A DNA stretch of 64,000 bases from Heteronotia binoei. Lineage: Eukaryota. The stretch is from NCBI RefSeq assembly GCF_032191835.1, contig NC_083234.1, forward strand, positions 47,616,001 to 47,680,000. The letters run 5' to 3'. The position numbers were made by a program, and so were the translations under genes. The notes beneath the pieces are model-generated. The model had not been told where the DNA came from. It was given only the letters and a program-made list of their open reading frames with translations, and did not search any database. Positions 39,387-52,675 of the stretch are shown piece by piece (position 1 is the stretch's first letter; the number at the start of each line of letters is the position of its first letter).

Positions 39387-41017
39387 GAAAAATAGTTAGC
39401 AGCAAGTGGAATCTGCAACCAAGACATAAGAACTCTCATTAGAAATGAAGGCAAAGTATAACAACTGTGTTTTTTTTTTAAAAGAGCAGCTAGATAAGTT
39501 AAGCACAGAGATCCTGTCACTAACCCAGAATGTGTCACTTAATCAGGTTTGCAGCCATATAAATAGGTCTCTGCCTCAAAGAAGACACAAAAGAGAAACA
39601 AAAGGAAGAATAAGTCATTCTTACTGACAAGCCTGTTTCTATGCTGTTGCATTTGCAGGTGGAACCTTCCAGCTTGGAAAATTTGTTGCATTAAAAAAAA
39701 ATCCCTGTACACAGAGTAGTTAACAAGAGTTCTAGCCCAGTTTTTCTCTTTGGTGACCCCCTGGGTTTTTGTGCATAGTTGTTTTGTATTGGAGAGCAAA
39801 TGTTTACATAAGCCCCCTTATATACAGTCTGAAATACTGAAGGTTAGAAACCAGTTTACTACATCAGTGAGAACTAGGCCCCGGGGGACAGAAGTTACTT
39901 ACTATTAACAGAATCCATATTAGGGCTGGCAAGCTGGTCGGTTCACCAGTCAAAAAACAGTGGAAGGGGGCTGAAAGGGAATACTACTCCCTTTCTCAAA
40001 AAATGTTAGAGGCTTATGGAGAACTGAATAGGGTAAGTACCTAGGCAGGGCTTAGTCTAAGCGAGGAATGTGGGTCAGAGTTACAGTCAATGTGTTGTAT
40101 GAACAAAGCCCCAGGTTCAATCCCTGAATCTTAAGTAATGGCTGTTGGGAAAGAGCTATCCATGCTGGGGAGCCACTGCCAGTCAGAGAAGACAATACTG
40201 AGCCACAAGACCAAGCATAAATCAGCTTTACAATTTAACAGATAATGTTTCAATATTGTCAAAGAACAAGTTTTGGGGTTTTTTTTCACAGCTCTCATAT
40301 ATCTTCTGAAGCCAAGAATAACACTGGACAGATGGCAGCTTACATCCATCTCCATCACTCCCTCTCCGATTGTTCATCTGTAGTCAGGACTGTCATTCTT
40401 GCTTAAAATCAGGTTGTGTCTAATGGGATGTGCCTTTGGAAGCCAGAATGGGGCCAGGAAGACAGCTGATTTCAGGAGGAAATGTCTAAGGAAAAAGAGT
40501 CCTGTCCTCCACCAGTTCTGCTATATTAAAACTACGAAGGCGGCAGCTGTTCGATCAGAGTCTTTATTTAGCCCCGTTGCCTTGGCAGCTCTGTTGTCAT
40601 CCTACTGTGAGTCAAAGCCTGTGGCTTTTATGCTAGTGGACAGGAGTGCAGAACGACACAGATCAGCCACCCTGCTACTGGGCAAAGGGTAAGCCTGCAG
40701 TTGCTGCCTTCTGCTTTAGAAACACAAAGGCAGCGGACAAAAGGCTGCTCAGAGAAGGCATCCTGCCTGAAAAAGGAACTCGCTCAGCTGTGGGATTCTG
40801 GCTGCCACCCTCTAGCTCTTTCCTCTGCTTAACGTGGTTAGTTTGGCCACCTACGCAAACCCTCTCCTTTCCATATAGCAGCTCCCACCCTTGTGGAATA
40901 GGCTTCCTGAGATGGTGAAGGGGGAAAATCATTGGCTGTTTTATTCATGACAGCTTGTAATGAGATTTAAGATACAAGCATTTTATTAAAAGGGGAAATA
41001 TACACACACATACAAAT

Positions 41018-41054
41018 CTATCTATCTGTCTGTCTGTCTGTCTATCTATCTATC
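41018..41054 (+). repeat. (TCTA/TCTG)n microsatellite
   Basis: Direct reading. Confidence 0.85.
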
Positions 41055-41490
41055 ATAGTGATATGTGGCTGTCTGTGGATATCCAAATCCGCGGATTGGA
41101 CCACATGGGCACTAAACAGATTTTCCTAGGTTTGCAGAAAAATCTGAAAACATTGTTTAAAAAAACCTCAGGGGTTTTAATTCCCCTCCAAACCAGTAGT
41201 TTTGCCTGCCTGTGCACAAGACCTAGGCAGGGGGAGAGGGCACAGTCCTTTCCAGGACTATTTTGGCTACTGAGGAAAGACTCAAGGTCAACTTGTATGA
41301 CTCAACTAGGCCTGGCTGCTTGCAACTGTTCAACAGCAACCATCCTATGAAATCCAGTGTGCTGAAACAGTTAGAGCTTCAGAGTAGGGTCCAGGAGACC
41401 CAGATTTGCTGTGGAAGCTTACTAGATGATTTTGGACATACTTTCAGTCTAATCTACCTCACAGGGTTGTTCTGAGGGCAAAAAGGAGGA

Positions 41491-41770
41491 AAGAAGAAGA
41501 AGAATTGCAGATTTATACCCCACCCTTCTCTCTGAATTGGACTCAGAGTGGCTTACAATCTCCTTTGTCTTCTCCCCCCACAACAGACACCCTGTGAGGT
41601 GGGTGGGGCTGAGAGGGCTCTCACAGCAGCTGCCCTTTTAAGGACAACCTCTGCGATAGCTATTGCTAACCCAAGACCATTCCAGCAGGTGCAAGTGGAG
41701 GAGTGGGGAATCAACCCCGGTTCTCTCAGATAAGAGTCCACGCACTTAACCACTACACCAAACTGGCTCT
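41491..41770 (-). mobile_element. Squam3-like SINE inserted in an older SINE
   Basis: Same family as 33942-34224. Further degenerate copies at ~14500-14720, 25833-26030, 26308-26510, 35260-35460, 36861-36962, 42080-42280, 60650-60895, 63357-63505. Confidence 0.85.
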
Positions 41771-43149
41771 CTAAAGAAGAATGTATACTGCTTTAGTCTC
41801 CACTGTAGAGAAAAGCAAGATATAAATGAAGTAAATAAACAATAAATATAGCTGAAGATGGGAAGCAGATAGAAAAGTATGTTGGTGAATGGCTGAGGAG
41901 AGAAATGAGGCAGTCCCCTGCTCTTAACAACTACACCATGTTGACTCTAAACTGCATAAACGACTTCATTCTGGAATAGCTTATCAGAGAAAATTATTCT
42001 TGCTCCTTTTTCTCTAACTTCCAATGCATGCAAATATCACGTTTTCCAATGCTTCACATTTATTTATTCAATTAATTCATTTCTACCCCACCTTTCTCCA
42101 AAATGGGGGACCAAAGCAGCTTAATTATTTTGCCTCTCCTCTCACAAACCCCCTGTGAAATAGATTAGGCTGAGAGTGTGTGAGTGACCCAAGGACAACC
42201 AGTGAGCATCTATGAGTAGGGATTCAAACCTGGATCTTCCAGTCACTAATCCAACACTCTTAACCAGTATACTACACCAGCTTTCACCCCTACAACCATA
42301 AAAGCTAAATCTAGATCTTTTTTTAAAAAGCTAGGATTTCACAGAGAACAAAAAAGACTCAAAGCACTTTGTTCACCACCTTAAATCTACATGATTTTTT
42401 CAGTTGTCAGAATTGGATGGACTCTTAGGGGTGAGGTTCCAATGGAGACAAGGAGGAAATTCCATAATATCTCAGGGAACAAGCTGGTTTGTCATGGTGG
42501 GAGAAGAACCCTCATAATACACAGGCCACATCCAGACAGATAGCCCTTCATGTAACTGTACAAGCTCAGAAGAGATACACAACTGAAAATCAAAACGCCA
42601 GTTAAGAAAGAGATCTCTTACTTTACCAAGTGGTTGTGATAATAAGTCAACAATTTAAAAGAACTTTAAAAGAAATTTTTTTTAAGTTCCCCTTCCCACA
42701 CAGGCACATAATAAAGCAAGGGGCACAAGCAAATTAGACAGGTTGACAAGAATTTTTTTTTTTAAATAAAGGCATCCATTTCATTTTGCTGACTCCAAGT
42801 AAATTGCCTGGCAATCACGATCCCTAGATCACCCTTATCCCAGGTTATATTTATAGCACACACGGCCCAGCCCAACAATGTGACATTTGTGTCAGATCCA
42901 GCCTCCTAACAAACTAGTTCCACACCACTGCAAAAGAGATAGGAGGTTTCCCTTAACTGAAACAGTAATCGCGTTGCAGTGGAGAATTTTTAAGGTAAAG
43001 TATTTTAAGGTGAGAAGGGAGAACAATGGTTTATTTCACTTTAAAAACAACTCCATTCATTCTAGAACACCACAGTGGCAGACGTCCCTTACTAAGACAT
43101 GATACAACAACTCATGGGTCCCTGTCGTTTTTTAAAATAAGATTGCATC

Positions 43150-43640
43150 CGACACGTCTCCGTGCAAACTTCAGTAAAGGGTGTCCCTTCAGAAAACCTG
43201 AAGAGTCTGCCTGATAAAGGCAGACAGAGCACAGCAAACCCGAGCAATCTTGCTTCGATTTGAAGCGCAGAGACTGCCTTCATACAGTTCCTGACCCACC
43301 TGAAAAGATCTCTCGAAGTTGGACGTGTGCCGCAAAAATGAGCCCCCTGTAGCTCGCAGCAATCTACCTGAAGATCAAGCCCATCACTGTCTGCCCAGGA
43401 TCTCTCTCTCTCCCTGCCGTCCTGGTAGCCGAGCGATTGCAAGCCAGGAAGTTTACGATCCTTGCAAGCTCTTTCCGCTTCCAGGGCATGATGACTCTTA
43501 AGCGCTCGTTCCCCACCCCCCTTGACGGCGTTGTGTTCAGAAGCCGAAGCAGCATCAGGCGACTTCGAAAACCGGACTCCAGGCCCGGCTGTTCCGGAAT
43601 GGTACCGGCAGAGGGCGCTCTGAGACCCGGCAAGGCCGTA
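43150..43640 (-). promoter_or_regulatory. TMEM230 CpG-rich promoter / non-coding exon 1
   Basis: Local CpG enrichment ~3.9 kb upstream of the first coding exon; minus-strand donors CAG|GTAGAT (exon end 43368) and CAG|GTGGGT (exon end 43300). Confidence 0.65.
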
Positions 43641-44215
43641 AGAACAGAAGAGCCCTGTTGGATTAGATCAATGGTCCATCTAGCCCAGTATCCTGTCTCA
43701 CATGGTGGCCAACCGGTTCCTCTGGATGGCCAACAACAGCGGGGCTGAGGCTTCCCCCTGATGCTGCCTCCCAGCTCTGGGATTTAGTGCCTCTAAATGT
43801 GGAGGTTCCCCTCAGTCACCATGGCTAGTAGCCATCAATAGCCTTATCCTCCATCCATCTAATCCCCTTTTAAAGCTGTTTATTTCTGTGGCAGCAAATT
43901 CCACATTTTAATCAGCCACTGTGTAAAGTGGTATTTCCTTTTGTCTGCCCTAAGCCTACTGTCCATCAACTTAATTGGATGCCCTTGATTTCTAGGATTT
44001 TGGGAGAGAAAAAAAGTTTTTGCCAACTCTCTTCACTCCATGCATAATTTTATAAACCTTTATCATGTCTCCTTCTTAGTTGTCTCCTAAACTGAAAAGT
44101 CCCAGGCTTCAGCCTTTCCTCATAAGGAAGGCTCTCTGCCACATCATCTTGGTTGCCTTCCTCTGTACTTTCCCTAGCTCTTCAATGTCCTTTCTAATAC
44201 AGGGACCAGAACTAT
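43640..44215 (-). mobile_element. CR1 LINE 3' fragment abutting the TMEM230 promoter
   Basis: Reverse complement encodes a CVQFWSPxLRKDIEELEKVQRRAT-like segment and the CR1 tail (...tcttctgttctta). Confidence 0.85.
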
Positions 44216-45989
44216 ACACAGGCTTGCCCTGATTTGATTTGCAGATGGGTTAGCTGGGTTTTCTCAACCCATTTTGTTCTGCACACAGCTCTACCAGTCT
44301 TTAAAGCACCGTAAGACAGACTGCACAAGTTGCATGCAATGGACAGCCTGGTGGTTTTGTTAAATCTGCTTCAGCAAAGCTCCGTTCTGCTTGGGACATT
44401 TCACCAAATGTAAAAGAGGGATCACTCTTACCCATGTGTGAATGGCTACAGCCCTCCAGATCATTATATGAATCAACCCAAGAAACTCTCAGATCATTTC
44501 CCCCAGAACAGACAGATCCCAAAATTGAAAAGGGTGGGATTGGGATCGTTTGTTGTTCAGTCACAGTCAAGTCTGACTCTTTGCGACCCCATGGACAAAG
44601 TCACGCCAGGGATTGGGATCACACACAAGCGAATCACAATGTCTGCTGAGCTAATGGGCAGAAAAACTAAATTTGAGTCCAGTAGCATTTTAGAGGCCCA
44701 CAAGAGTTTCAGAGTATAGGCTTTTGAAATTCTAAAAAACTTATTCCTTGAAAATCTTTAGCCTCTAAGGGACCACTGGACTTCAATCCAGCTGTTGTAT
44801 TGCAGACCAATACAGCTATCCTCTGAAACTCAGTAGCTGAACTGAATTGAATGCTGTTTACTTTGGTTTTATTACAGCTGCTGGCTTGCCTTCTTTGCTT
44901 TTTTGTTTTGATCTTATCTGAATTTTGTCCGGTTGTTTAACACCTAATACAGGTGGTCTTCAACTTTTCTGGAAAGGTTCTAACCCCCAGGTGACAGCAC
45001 ATCCACTGAAATATAAACTCATGACAGGAAGAAGAGCTTGTCATAACACAAGTAGGCACAGAGCATTAAAGAAGCGATGGAGGGGGATTAAACCAGGCTA
45101 TAAAGAAATTGAACACTTCTCTGGAGACCCTAAAAGATCCTCCTCTGGAAGCAGAGCTCAGGATGCCAACCCCAAAGTGCGGCCTGGAGATCTCCCACTA
45201 CTGGAACTGATCTTTAGATGACAGAGATCAATTTCCCTTGAGAATATGGCTGCTTTGGAAAGTGGACTCTGGCATTATTCGCTGCTGAGGTCCATCTGCT
45301 CTCCAGGCTCTACCCACAAATCTCCAGGTATTTCCCCACCCTTACAGGATAGCACCTTTGGTCTCATGTAGGAATAGCAGCTAAGAGAAGCAGGACCCCA
45401 ACCCATGGGCTGAATACAGGTTATTACAACAGCAGACTCTAGGCTTTTGCCAACATGGCATGAAACAACTTACTTGCAACCTTTTGATGCACCATGCATC
45501 TACTGAATTTGCACCTATTTGTGTATTCAATCCTAAAATGATTTTTTTTTTGGGGGGGGGGGATGACCACATAGAGCTGCTTGCAGTCTGCCTTAATGGC
45601 AGACTTCATTTTGTAAATCATACCATCTAGCCTCTATGAGATGGGCTGGGGTTATTTCGTGACACACACAACTGCCTGCCTCTCAGGCAGAAGTGGTTGG
45701 CTGTGCTTGATGCAATATACTCCAGGCTCACACAGAATTAGTGCAGTCTTGAAGTTAAATTACCGACCTGGAGACAGAGTACATAGAAAAGCTTTAGAAA
45801 CATTTGAGGCTTCCCACTGCCATGGTGAAAGCTCTTCCACTGACGGGATTCAGGCTAAGAGGGAGAAATGATTCCTAAAAGAAACCTGTTCCACAGGTTG
45901 CAAACTGTCAACTTCTTGTGGCTTGGAAGGAGGGGAATGCTGTGGTAGTGGAAGATGTTTGTCCTGGGATGTCGAGAGGGATAGTCACT

Positions 45990-46720
45990 TTGACCACAGT
46001 GTTTCACGCTTGGGTTGTAAAGTAGTGGTCCAGTTTGCAGATGACATCATATTATTCAGGATAGAGAGAAACAGAGTGGATTATGAAGTGGCCAATAATG
46101 ATCTCTCCAAACTGATCAAGGTAATAAAGTTATCTACATTGGGGTAAAGAAAACTAAATTCAACAATATGTTGATAGCATCTGAACTGACAGCAATTCAT
46201 TAAGATAGAACTTCGTGTTCTGACAGCTCAAAGAAAATGTTGATTCAGTGTGTTATAGCATCAAAGGAAGATTGTGCTAAAGAATTATTAGAAAAGGCAT
46301 TGAAATAATCTATGGCACAGCCACATTTTGAATACTGTGTAAAGTTGCCATTCCTCAAGCATAATCAATGGAAAAGGGAAACCAATATTAGGGCTAGAGC
46401 ACTGCACCTTCCCTGTGATAACAGACTTAAGGAATTTGGTGGGGTTTTCTTTGTTTTTTCAAAGAAAATATTAATGGGTGAGCCATAATAGAAATTTGTA
46501 CAATTAAGCATGCTATGAAGAAAGTATTTAGGTAACTTTTCTTCTCCTGTAACAGGACTTATAAGCACACATCAATTTGTTGGGCAGTAAAGTCAGGATG
46601 AAAGAACTTCATCACTCAAAAATGTGGACATAATTGCTACAAAATATAGTGATGACTACTGTTTATTCTAAAAGTTAGGATGGCCCATCAATGATTACTA
46701 GCCACACTGGCTAAATGGAA
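45990..46720 (+). mobile_element. Old CR1 RT/3' fragment
   Basis: VVQFADDIILFRIE motif followed by a degenerate CR1 C-terminus. Confidence 0.65.
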
Positions 46721-47436
46721 AGTGTAGAGGCAAAGCAAGCACAGCACATTACTCTGAGGTGCCACTGGACCTGCTTAAGTTTGTTGTAACAGGCTATTAC
46801 AGCTACTCCTTGTTACTCATCTCTTCAGAGGCAGTAATTCTGTGAAGGCCAGCAAGTTCTCAGCTCCACTTCCTGTTTACAAGCCTTCAGCGATCTGGCT
46901 GCCCTAATAATTGACAATATAAATCTCCTGAAACTTTGAGATTGGCTGCTGAAGTTACTTTTCTCTTGCTAGGTATAACCAGGCATGAATGAACAGAGGA
47001 CTGGGCAGCACACATTGTCCTAACTTTGCTCCATTCTTGAACAAGCAATCAATACCCACTGGACATACTAAAATAGATTGCTTCAGGTTACAAAGCAAAG
47101 CTTTAGACCTTAAATGCGCAAGTTGTATTTTGGCTTCTCAGCAGTGTCCAGATTTCTTCAGAGTTCAAATCTTTGACAACCACTGTTTGGGTACAGTCAC
47201 AGTGCACTACCTGCAATGCCTGAAAAAATATATTCCTTCCATTGCTGTGTTGTGTATGTGACTGGCACAGGTTCAAGTTAAATCTATTACTCACAGCTTG
47301 ATTTTCTTCAAAATAGGTAGGTAAGAACCCAAACAATGTAAATATTTAACAAAAACACCCCTGTAAAAATCTTTATCTGAACAGCACAGGCTCACAGAAT
47401 TGCAACCAATGCTGAGGCAAGCTAAGAAATTGAATA

Positions 47437-47449
47437 TTTATTCTTTATT
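47437..47449 (-). terminator. Two adjacent AATAAA polyadenylation signals for PCNA
   Basis: tttatt at 47437-47442 and 47444-47449 on + strand, ~400 nt past the stop. Confidence 0.7.
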
Positions 47450-47847
47450 GACATGTGTTCATTTGTCAGAGATCTCCAGTTTCCAAACAAAACATTAAAA
47501 ACAGATTTACCTTAACATTATTATTTTGGGAGTCATCAACATCTCACTTTAAAGAGACTGCCATGCATGTTTTAAATATTGCATCACCATTCCTGTGAAA
47601 CATAGTAAAAGTGTAGTAATAAAAACAGGATTTAAAAAATTGAATATAAGCTAGGTAGAAAAAAGGAAGGCGATAAGATTTTAGAAATGGTATTTGCATA
47701 ACAAGTGGAAGAAATATTTACACAGAAATATCTACAATGGTGTCTAAGACACATATCTGATAACTCAATGCATCAAGACTGAAAAAAACTGAACGGCTGC
47801 TGGTTTCTAGCACAGATCACTTCTCACAAGTTCCTTTTCCCCAGTTC

Positions 47848-47967
<120 letters not shown>

Positions 47968-47992
47968 CTAAAAAGTTTAAAAACAACATTCA

Positions 47993-48154
<162 letters not shown>

Positions 48155-48301
48155 CTATGACAAAGAATAAAATTAAATATTGTGCAGCATGCCATGCTAA
48201 AATCCCAAAGGCAAGCATATGCATAAGATACAAATTCAACTTCTACACCCTTTGGGTTATGCTTTACCACATGAGATAGAAGCTACTCTATGTGAAGATT
48301 A

Positions 48302-48610
<309 letters not shown>

Positions 48611-48772
48611 TCATTTTATTAAATTGTATGATTAATCATGGAATGTAAGTTGCTTCAAGACCTGAACATTATGAGTAAGGCATTAAGCAAAATTATTGTC
48701 CCAAGCACATTCTTCTAATTCAGCTTCACAAGCTTATGACTGCATACGCTAAACATATATTTAGCTCAGTTA

Positions 48773-48937
<165 letters not shown>

Positions 48938-49167
48938 TCAGAATTAGAAAATAAAAATAGAAAAGTTTCCAGCCCAGATAGTTTTCTCTGGCCTATATGC
49001 GTACTATCACAGTACATAAATGCACACAAAAATTACAACCCCTAGTACTATATCACAGTTTCAGCCTTTGAAGGTCTTCATCTGCATTTTTTACTGTAGA
49101 TACATGCCAGGTTATCATTAGAGTGTCACTAGAGCTCAACTTGATTAATGACTAGTCAAGGTATATA

Positions 49168-49362
49168 TGGCTCAGAGGTAGAGATTCTGCTTGGTAAGCA
49201 GAAGCTCCCAGGTTCAATCCCTGGCATCTCCAAAAAAGGGTCCAGGCAAATAGGTGTGAAAAACCTCAGCTTGAGACCCTGGAGAGCCGCTGCCAGTCTG
49301 AGTAGACAATACTGATTTTGATGGACCAAGGGTCTGATTCAGTATAAAGCAGCTTCATATGT
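49168..49362 (+). mobile_element. tRNA-derived SINE (Squam2-like), PCNA intron 2
   Basis: tggctcagaggtagag...ggttcaatccc head, ...gatggaccaagggtctgattcagtata tail. Relatives at ~20658, 22241, 28410, 33310, 40090, 52565. Confidence 0.8.
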
Positions 49363-49577
49363 CCATATAGACACACTTTGTTTCAAGGTCCATTTCTACA
49401 AAAAGTAAACTGTTTTGCTCTAGCACAAAAAAGGCACAAGTAGACAGCAACTCCACCAATTGTGGGTAAAGAGCATCCAACCTTGTCTGTTGACACATTT
49501 TGCCCAGAATAACCTGATTAATAATTTTGGCAACCGCAAAGAGGCTAACAGTTGCATTAAAGACATTCCAAATTCTA

Positions 49578-49772
<195 letters not shown>

Positions 49773-50413
49773 TTAATATGCAGATCCTACTCCACTATTA
49801 TTAATCGTCAGAAGTATCAGAAGCAGCACTTCTTAACGGGTAGACCCCAAGGAAATATCTTTCCTCTAAGCAACTTCCCCTGGCACCAAGCCCACTAGCA
49901 TTTAAGCACAAGGAAAAGATGCATACACTAGCTGTATTTGTTTATTGCCTCTTAAAAATATGGCCAAATTGTACAGTATATTTGTGTGCCAGCCCTGTAT
50001 ATATCCATATTGCTCTATTTCCTCCACTTCTATTGTCCATTAATAGAGCATTCTTGTAAATGTTTTAATCATGTTGGGCAAGTTTATTTTTTTATTAGTG
50101 CTACTGGATTATAATGGTTTATGTTCTCACAGTATGTTTTGTTCCACTGATTCGATTATACATTAAACCACCTTGAGAATCTTTGGGCTGAGACACAGGA
50201 ATATCAGACTGGATAATGGGATAATTAGCAGCAAGGATTCTTTTCCCAGGACAGGGAGAGTTGACAATGACAGAAAAAGGCAACATGGAGGAGCAGCTCC
50301 TGACACACACACTTCAGCAATGCAAGTGCTACTCAGCACAGAACACTCAGCCCAACAGGAGAATCTACAGTCATCACTAAGAACAACGTTCTGCACCAGA
50401 TTATTGTCTAAAC

Positions 50414-50675
50414 CAGGGTGGCCAAACCGGCTTAGGAGCCACATGTCGCTCTTTCACACACATTGTGTGGCTCTTGAAGCCCCCAACCCCAATTATTCTC
50501 CAAGTCAAGCCAGCCAGCAACTTGGAGAATGCGTTGAAAGTTGCTTTCTTTACACCTTTCCCTCCTTCCTCTCCCATTTATTTCCTTGCCTTCCTTCGTT
50601 CCCTCCCTTATGGCTCTCAAACATCTGACATTTATTCTCTGTGGCTCTTACGCTAAGCAAGTTTGGCCAACCCTG
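50414..50675. mobile_element. hAT MITE in PCNA intron 1
   Basis: TIRs CAGGGTGGCCAAAC / GTTTGGCCAACCCTG; perfect 8-bp TSD gtctaaac. Confidence 0.9.
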
Positions 50676-50989
50676 GTCTAAACCTTAGTTTCCCCTTAGC
50701 AAAGAAATATACTAATCCACATACTGCAGCAAAAACAAATCAACTTTCTTAAATTCTCAGTTCCTTAATACTTGTCAGATATTTAACAGGCGGGGAAAAC
50801 AGACCACTTCTGCTTTAGGCCTGCAGCAGAAAAGCCCACGAGGAGGCTTAGAAAAAGAAAACGTTGTGTGTGTGCCGACTCTGCTACCATCGTGATTTAG
50901 AACTCGCGACTAAGAGGAGGGGAGCCTTAGTTTGCAGGCCTTCCATATTCGAGGCAAACAGCACATACAAAAGATAGTATCGCCCAATA

Positions 50990-51260
50990 GCATTTAAAGG
51001 AGCACGAAGAGGGAAACAGACTAGCCAATCAGCTTGCGGAAGTGGGAGCGCGCGCCAAGGTCCTTGACAGGCAGCGAGACGCGCCACGCCTCTTCGTGTC
51101 TCCTTTTCCCGCCAAAGCGTCATAAAGAGCCAGAGACTTTTCCACACGTCACGAAGGCGACCGGCGCGAGTACTTTTGGGTCGCCTACCGAAGAGAATTC
51201 CCGCCACAGTGCCATGACAACCACCTCACACGAAGCGTCTCTTATTTAAAGCCTTATTTC
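50990..51260 (+). promoter_or_regulatory. PCNA intron 1 E2F/NF-Y/ETS/CRE/TATA-like cluster
   Basis: CCAAT 51025, GCGGAAGT 51036, GCGCGCGCCAA 51048, TTTTCCCGCCAAA 51104-51116, CACGTCAC 51145, TTCCCGCCA 51198, TATTTAAA 51243. Confidence 0.65.
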
Positions 51261-51308
51261 TCTCCCCCCCCTCCCCTCCGTTTCACCGGTGTCGCAAAAC
51301 AACTCTTA

Positions 51309-51960
<652 letters not shown>

Positions 51961-52675
51961 GTTCCCTCCCCAGGAGGTCTGGATGGCACGTGGGGAGGTG
52001 GATACCCCGGAAGAGGGCACACTTTGTTAGCTGTCTCTGAGCTTGTCTGGGCATGTCAGCTGTGCCTGTGGCTCATAGGCGGCTTGAAGAAGTGCTTTCC
52101 GTGGAGATGTCTATAACGATTTTAGATTATAGTTTGAGTCCAGTGGCACCTTTAGTACCAACAAATCTAATTCTGGGTATAAACTTTCGTGTGCATGGAC
52201 AGTCCTTCATGAACTGGCGTTTCTCACAGTGACTAGCCTTGATTTGGGCGGAGTTACTGGATCTCGGGAGCTAATTCACAGTATCACTGATGTAGCGCAT
52301 TAGAGTATTCTAAGCATTTCACATAGGTTATCGTCCTTACAACAACCCTTCAATGTTATTGCTGTACAAAATATTTGGTAGAGCTGGTGCATAGTATGTG
52401 CGTGACACAGGAAAGGTTAACGGGAAAAACTCAGCCTTTTGGCCGTTATGCTACCTAGGCTGTTTATCAGGTGAAGAGTTAACTCAGAGGCAGAGAAAGT
52501 AGCAAGCTATTTTCCAGAAGGTCCACATCCTCAAAGAAGCAGATAGTAATACAAGTGCCAGGAGTTGTGGCTCAGTGGAAGAATATCTGCTTAGTGTGAA
52601 GATGGTCGCAATACCCAACATGGGGGCATCTCTAGTTAAATGATCAGAATGTAGCTGATGTGAAAGGCTTTAGAT

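Noticed and set aside
49168-49230. Apparent tRNA genes (also ~36861, ~20658)
   Set aside because: A/B boxes only, with no complete cloverleaf, and they continue into SINE bodies.
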